A DNA stretch of 39,268 bases from Octopus bimaculoides (lineage: Eukaryota). Positions 36,226 through 39,268 of this stretch are shown in pieces (the stretch's first letter is position 1; every line of letters starts with the position of its first letter). The notes beneath the pieces are model-generated. The model searched no databases and was not told the origin of the DNA. It saw only the letters and a program-made list of their open reading frames with translations. Both the position numbers and the translations under genes were made by a program. Location: contig NC_068981.1 of assembly GCF_001194135.2 (NCBI RefSeq), positions 193,651,137 to 193,690,404 of the forward strand, in the 5' to 3' direction.

Positions 36226-36449
36226 GGGAATTAGTAAATTAAGGATTGTCAATATTAAACCCATTCATGTCGATCGTCTGTTTAAACTGACCCTTAATTT
36301 ATAAGGGTATAAAACAAATACTTGATACAAATTGTGATTTGTGTATGATCTGTATCAAAGAATGAAACATGTTCTTAACGCGTATGCAGTCTGTGTCAAA
36401 TGGATTTCAATGATTTTTTTTTTCAGTTGTTATTTAGGTCACAATAATA

Positions 36450-36677
36450 TTGGGTTGTCCGGAAAGTTCGTGCCGATTTATAGTAGCTTACCTTTCGACT
36501 TATTTGCCATGAAACCACCTCAATTCTGGGAAGAGGGTATTTTCAAGTTAAAGGAAAGATGGAGACGCATTGTGCAGCAAAATGGTTCATATTTGGTTGA
36601 TTAAAAATGTAATGGCAAGTATTTATTGACTTTTTTCTTTCCTTTAAAACTCGGCACGAACTTTCCGGACAACCCAA
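36450..36677 (+). mobile_element. Internally deleted mariner (228 bp)
   Basis: Perfect 26-bp TIRs TTGGGTTGTCCGGAAAGTTCGTGCCG, TA TSDs; retains the transposase C-terminus FWEEGIFKLKERWRRIVQQNGSYLVD. Confidence 0.95.
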
Positions 36678-37024
36678 TAGTATCTGTGAATTTTCAAGCA
36701 ATTTCATTAATTAAAAAAATTTCAGCGCGAACGGGTTAATAGTCGGCTAGCTAAATCTCTCTTCCAGTAGAAATACAGATAAAAATGTTAATTGTAAGCG
36801 CTAAGTCTTTATTTTCAGAACCTGAAAATGATGTTAAAATTGTACCTAATCATATGCAAATTTCAAATTTCCATGTACATATGCATGTCACTAGATGATT
36901 TTTTGTGAATGAAGGACAGTTAGTTAGCGGATGCGCCAAACGACTGAGAATATGCAAAATTAAACTGAAATTTTAATTTTTTTTTTTTCGCAATATAATA
37001 GGGATAATTAGCTGAATGTGTATA

Positions 37025-37558
37025 TGTGGTTTGATGAATAAATATCTGGACACCTGAGTGTCTTTTTGGTCAGCTGAAAGCAGTTTTGGTACGAACCGTA
37101 ACTAATCTGCACATCCTCTGACAACTCACCGATGGTGATTCGATGATTTCCTCTCACAGCTACACGCACATCTGCAATGTTTTTCTCACTTCTGCTGGTT
37201 GCGGGTCACCCAGAACTTTTGTCAATATCGACATTTTTTCGGCCATCTTGGAAATGTCTGAAACACTCGTACACTTGTGTGCGGCTCATACATCCCTCTC
37301 CATAACCTTCTACAATTTTGCATAGGCTTCTAAGCAGGTATCGTCATGGAAACTTTCTTTGTCTTAGTCACTGCGACGATCACACGCTACGCACCTTCCT
37401 ACAAATCACTGCTATAAACGGCGGAAGTGAGCTAGAACGTTAAACTTAGTGCAGATGCACAGCAGAGTTCAAGGTCAATATTTGCCGAGCGGCTTTACTC
37501 TGCGTGCTTTAGCTTCGTTACTATGACAACAATCCGGATACTTATTGATCACACCTCG
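37025..37558 (-). mobile_element. Older internally deleted mariner (N-terminal HTH part)
   Basis: TIR CGAGGTGTGATCAATAAGTATCCGGA at the right end with a diverged copy at about 37025-37050 (24/31 matches including flanks). Minus strand encodes GEGCMSRTQVYECFRHFQDGRKNVD. Confidence 0.8.
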
Positions 37559-38339
37559 TATATGGACCATGTCCTTATTGTTCGAGCCCACTGAATACTA
37601 TGATATTTAAATTATAACTTATCGTATGCAAAATCCCACGTTTCATTATGTCCACCAAATGGTAATTCTTGACAGGCCAAAATTTCAATACAATGAATTA
37701 ACTTTTTCAATATATCGTGATTTTTCTTGACTGAATCGGGACTGAATCGAAGCTGCTTTCCTGTGACCAATCGCTGATGAGTTTATCTTTTTTTATAGTT
37801 TACAGATATTTTACTAACTGCAACTTTGTAAATACAAATTTACAAAGCAACAAATACAATAAATAGAAAATTATAAATAATATTAAGTAAAATATTGGGT
37901 TAACGGGCTTCGTTTGAGATTCGAAACCCTGACCTTATTTCAAACTGTATTTACACATTATCCTTTTTCGACATTATTTACTGACGTCACACAAGGGTTG
38001 ACCCATTGGATTTTGTTTCTGGTCAGTGGAGAAATGAAAAGATGCTATAAAACATTGGAACGCTGGATGACAGCCAGACGAAAACAGTTGGTCAACAGAT
38101 TTGATATACAAATGATGCAAAGAGAAAACCTAGCAACTAGAACACGTTAGATAACGCCGGTTAATGAGATTACTCTGTGTTTTTACGTCCAGAAAGAGCT
38201 TAGCTTTATGGTGTATGATCAAATCCCAGCCCTATTAACTATCATCAAATCCCAACCCTCTCTAGCGAGCGGCCTCTCTAAAAGATGGAAGGAGAAAAGA
38301 CCTCGCTATTCAGTCAACAACAGGGGATTATCTCCCTTT

Positions 38340-39268
38340 GGCTATTGATCGTAAATGACCGTTATCTTGTGGATTCTAATAGGCCAGCAGGAATTTTCTG
38401 AAATGCAAGCACGGTCCGAAGACTTCCGTTCTAGAGATAAGGATGTTCCCCGGGTCAAGGGAGTCCTTTAGTATCCTCGCCCACTCCGCTATGCACAGTA
38501 GGAGTCTGGGTTTTCTAGGATTCTCCATGATATTGTGTGTGGAATCCCGTCGCCCTTCAGCTACCATACATGACTGGCTAATGCTGTAACGTATCTCCTA
38601 TCCTGTATCCTGACGGAGGTCGAAGAGGCGTTGCTTGAATGTGTTGCCGGAGTAACCGATGTATCTCCGGGCTCGGCTGTTGGCGTTACTGCTACTGCTA
38701 CCGCTATTGTTGGTACTGACACAGGTGGTGTTGGCGTCATTGGATGTCGAGATGGTGTTGGTGCCGTTACTACTGGCGTCGGTAATGGTGCTGTTGTTGT
38801 TATGGTCATCGTCATTGTTGAAGACGCTGTCACTGCCGTTATAGATATCATTGGCGATAGCTCTGCTGTCATTGATGTTGTTGTGGTATGACGTCAGTGT
38901 CTGGGGAGGCTGACCGGAAGGGCAAGTTGACCGGAAGGGCGAGTTGACCGGAAGTGCGAGTTGACCGGAAGGGGAAAAAGGGCAGAGGGAGCCTCGATCG
39001 GCATTCGTGCCCTTTTCGAACGGGGTTGTGGTCAGGACAAGACGTGTTAAGCGACGGTCTAGATTTGGGAGAGGCAGCTGCTATTCCTGGTGTACCTTGG
39101 GTCGGGGCAAGCTTCAAGGATCGGATACCGCAAGACGGACTCGCAGTCGAGGAAAGGAAAACCGAGGTAAGGCGATTACCTCTACTCGTACGCACACACC
39201 ACAAGCTATTTCGGCACCACGTGCAGAAATTCGCCGCGATGGCAGCCACCAAGATTAGGATCGCCAGC
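38340..39268 (-). mobile_element. Probable L1/Tx1-like ORF1 remnant (T/P-rich region), running in from the window edge
   Basis: GC-rich island with a T/P/A-rich frame like 4500-5100; PRLLLCIAEWARILKDSL weakly resembles ETLMLV*IPTEAYKLIRESL at 5230-5295. No clear zinc knuckle seen. Confidence 0.4.
38911..38973. repeat. 17-bp tandem repeat, about 3.7 copies
   Basis: TGACCGGAAG(G/T)GC(A/G)AGT units at 38911, 38928, 38945 and 38962. Confidence 0.9.

Noticed and set aside
38631-38891. G/V-rich hydrophobic plus-strand ORFs
   Set aside because: Antisense shadow of the T/P-rich minus-strand frame.

Overview
AT-rich, microsatellite-dense eukaryotic DNA from a gapped draft assembly. The SINE families look like those of Octopus, so a cephalopod origin is an inference from recall, not a database hit. 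The only well-supported host coding sequence is a 1068-bp + strand terminal exon (31625-32692) of a Sulfotransfer_2 family carbohydrate sulfotransferase (CHST11/12/13-like). It has a clean phase-0 acceptor but lacks the N-terminal membrane anchor; a candidate anchor exon lies at 6907-6997, which would make most of the window intronic. Everything else is a transposon graveyard: L1/Tx1-like LINEs, a CR1-like LINE, several R2/R4(Dong)-type restriction-like-endonuclease (RLE) LINE pieces, a full-length mariner and two deleted mariners with TIRs and TA TSDs, a piggyBac-type MITE, and at least four SINE families. No prokaryotic system, CRISPR array or rRNA is present, and I cannot support a wholly new biological system. 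The best leads are an RLE retroelement apparently targeting (CATA)n microsatellites, a head-to-head tRNA-like hairpin, a mosaic stack of R4-like fragments and a long insertion in the sulfotransferase domain.
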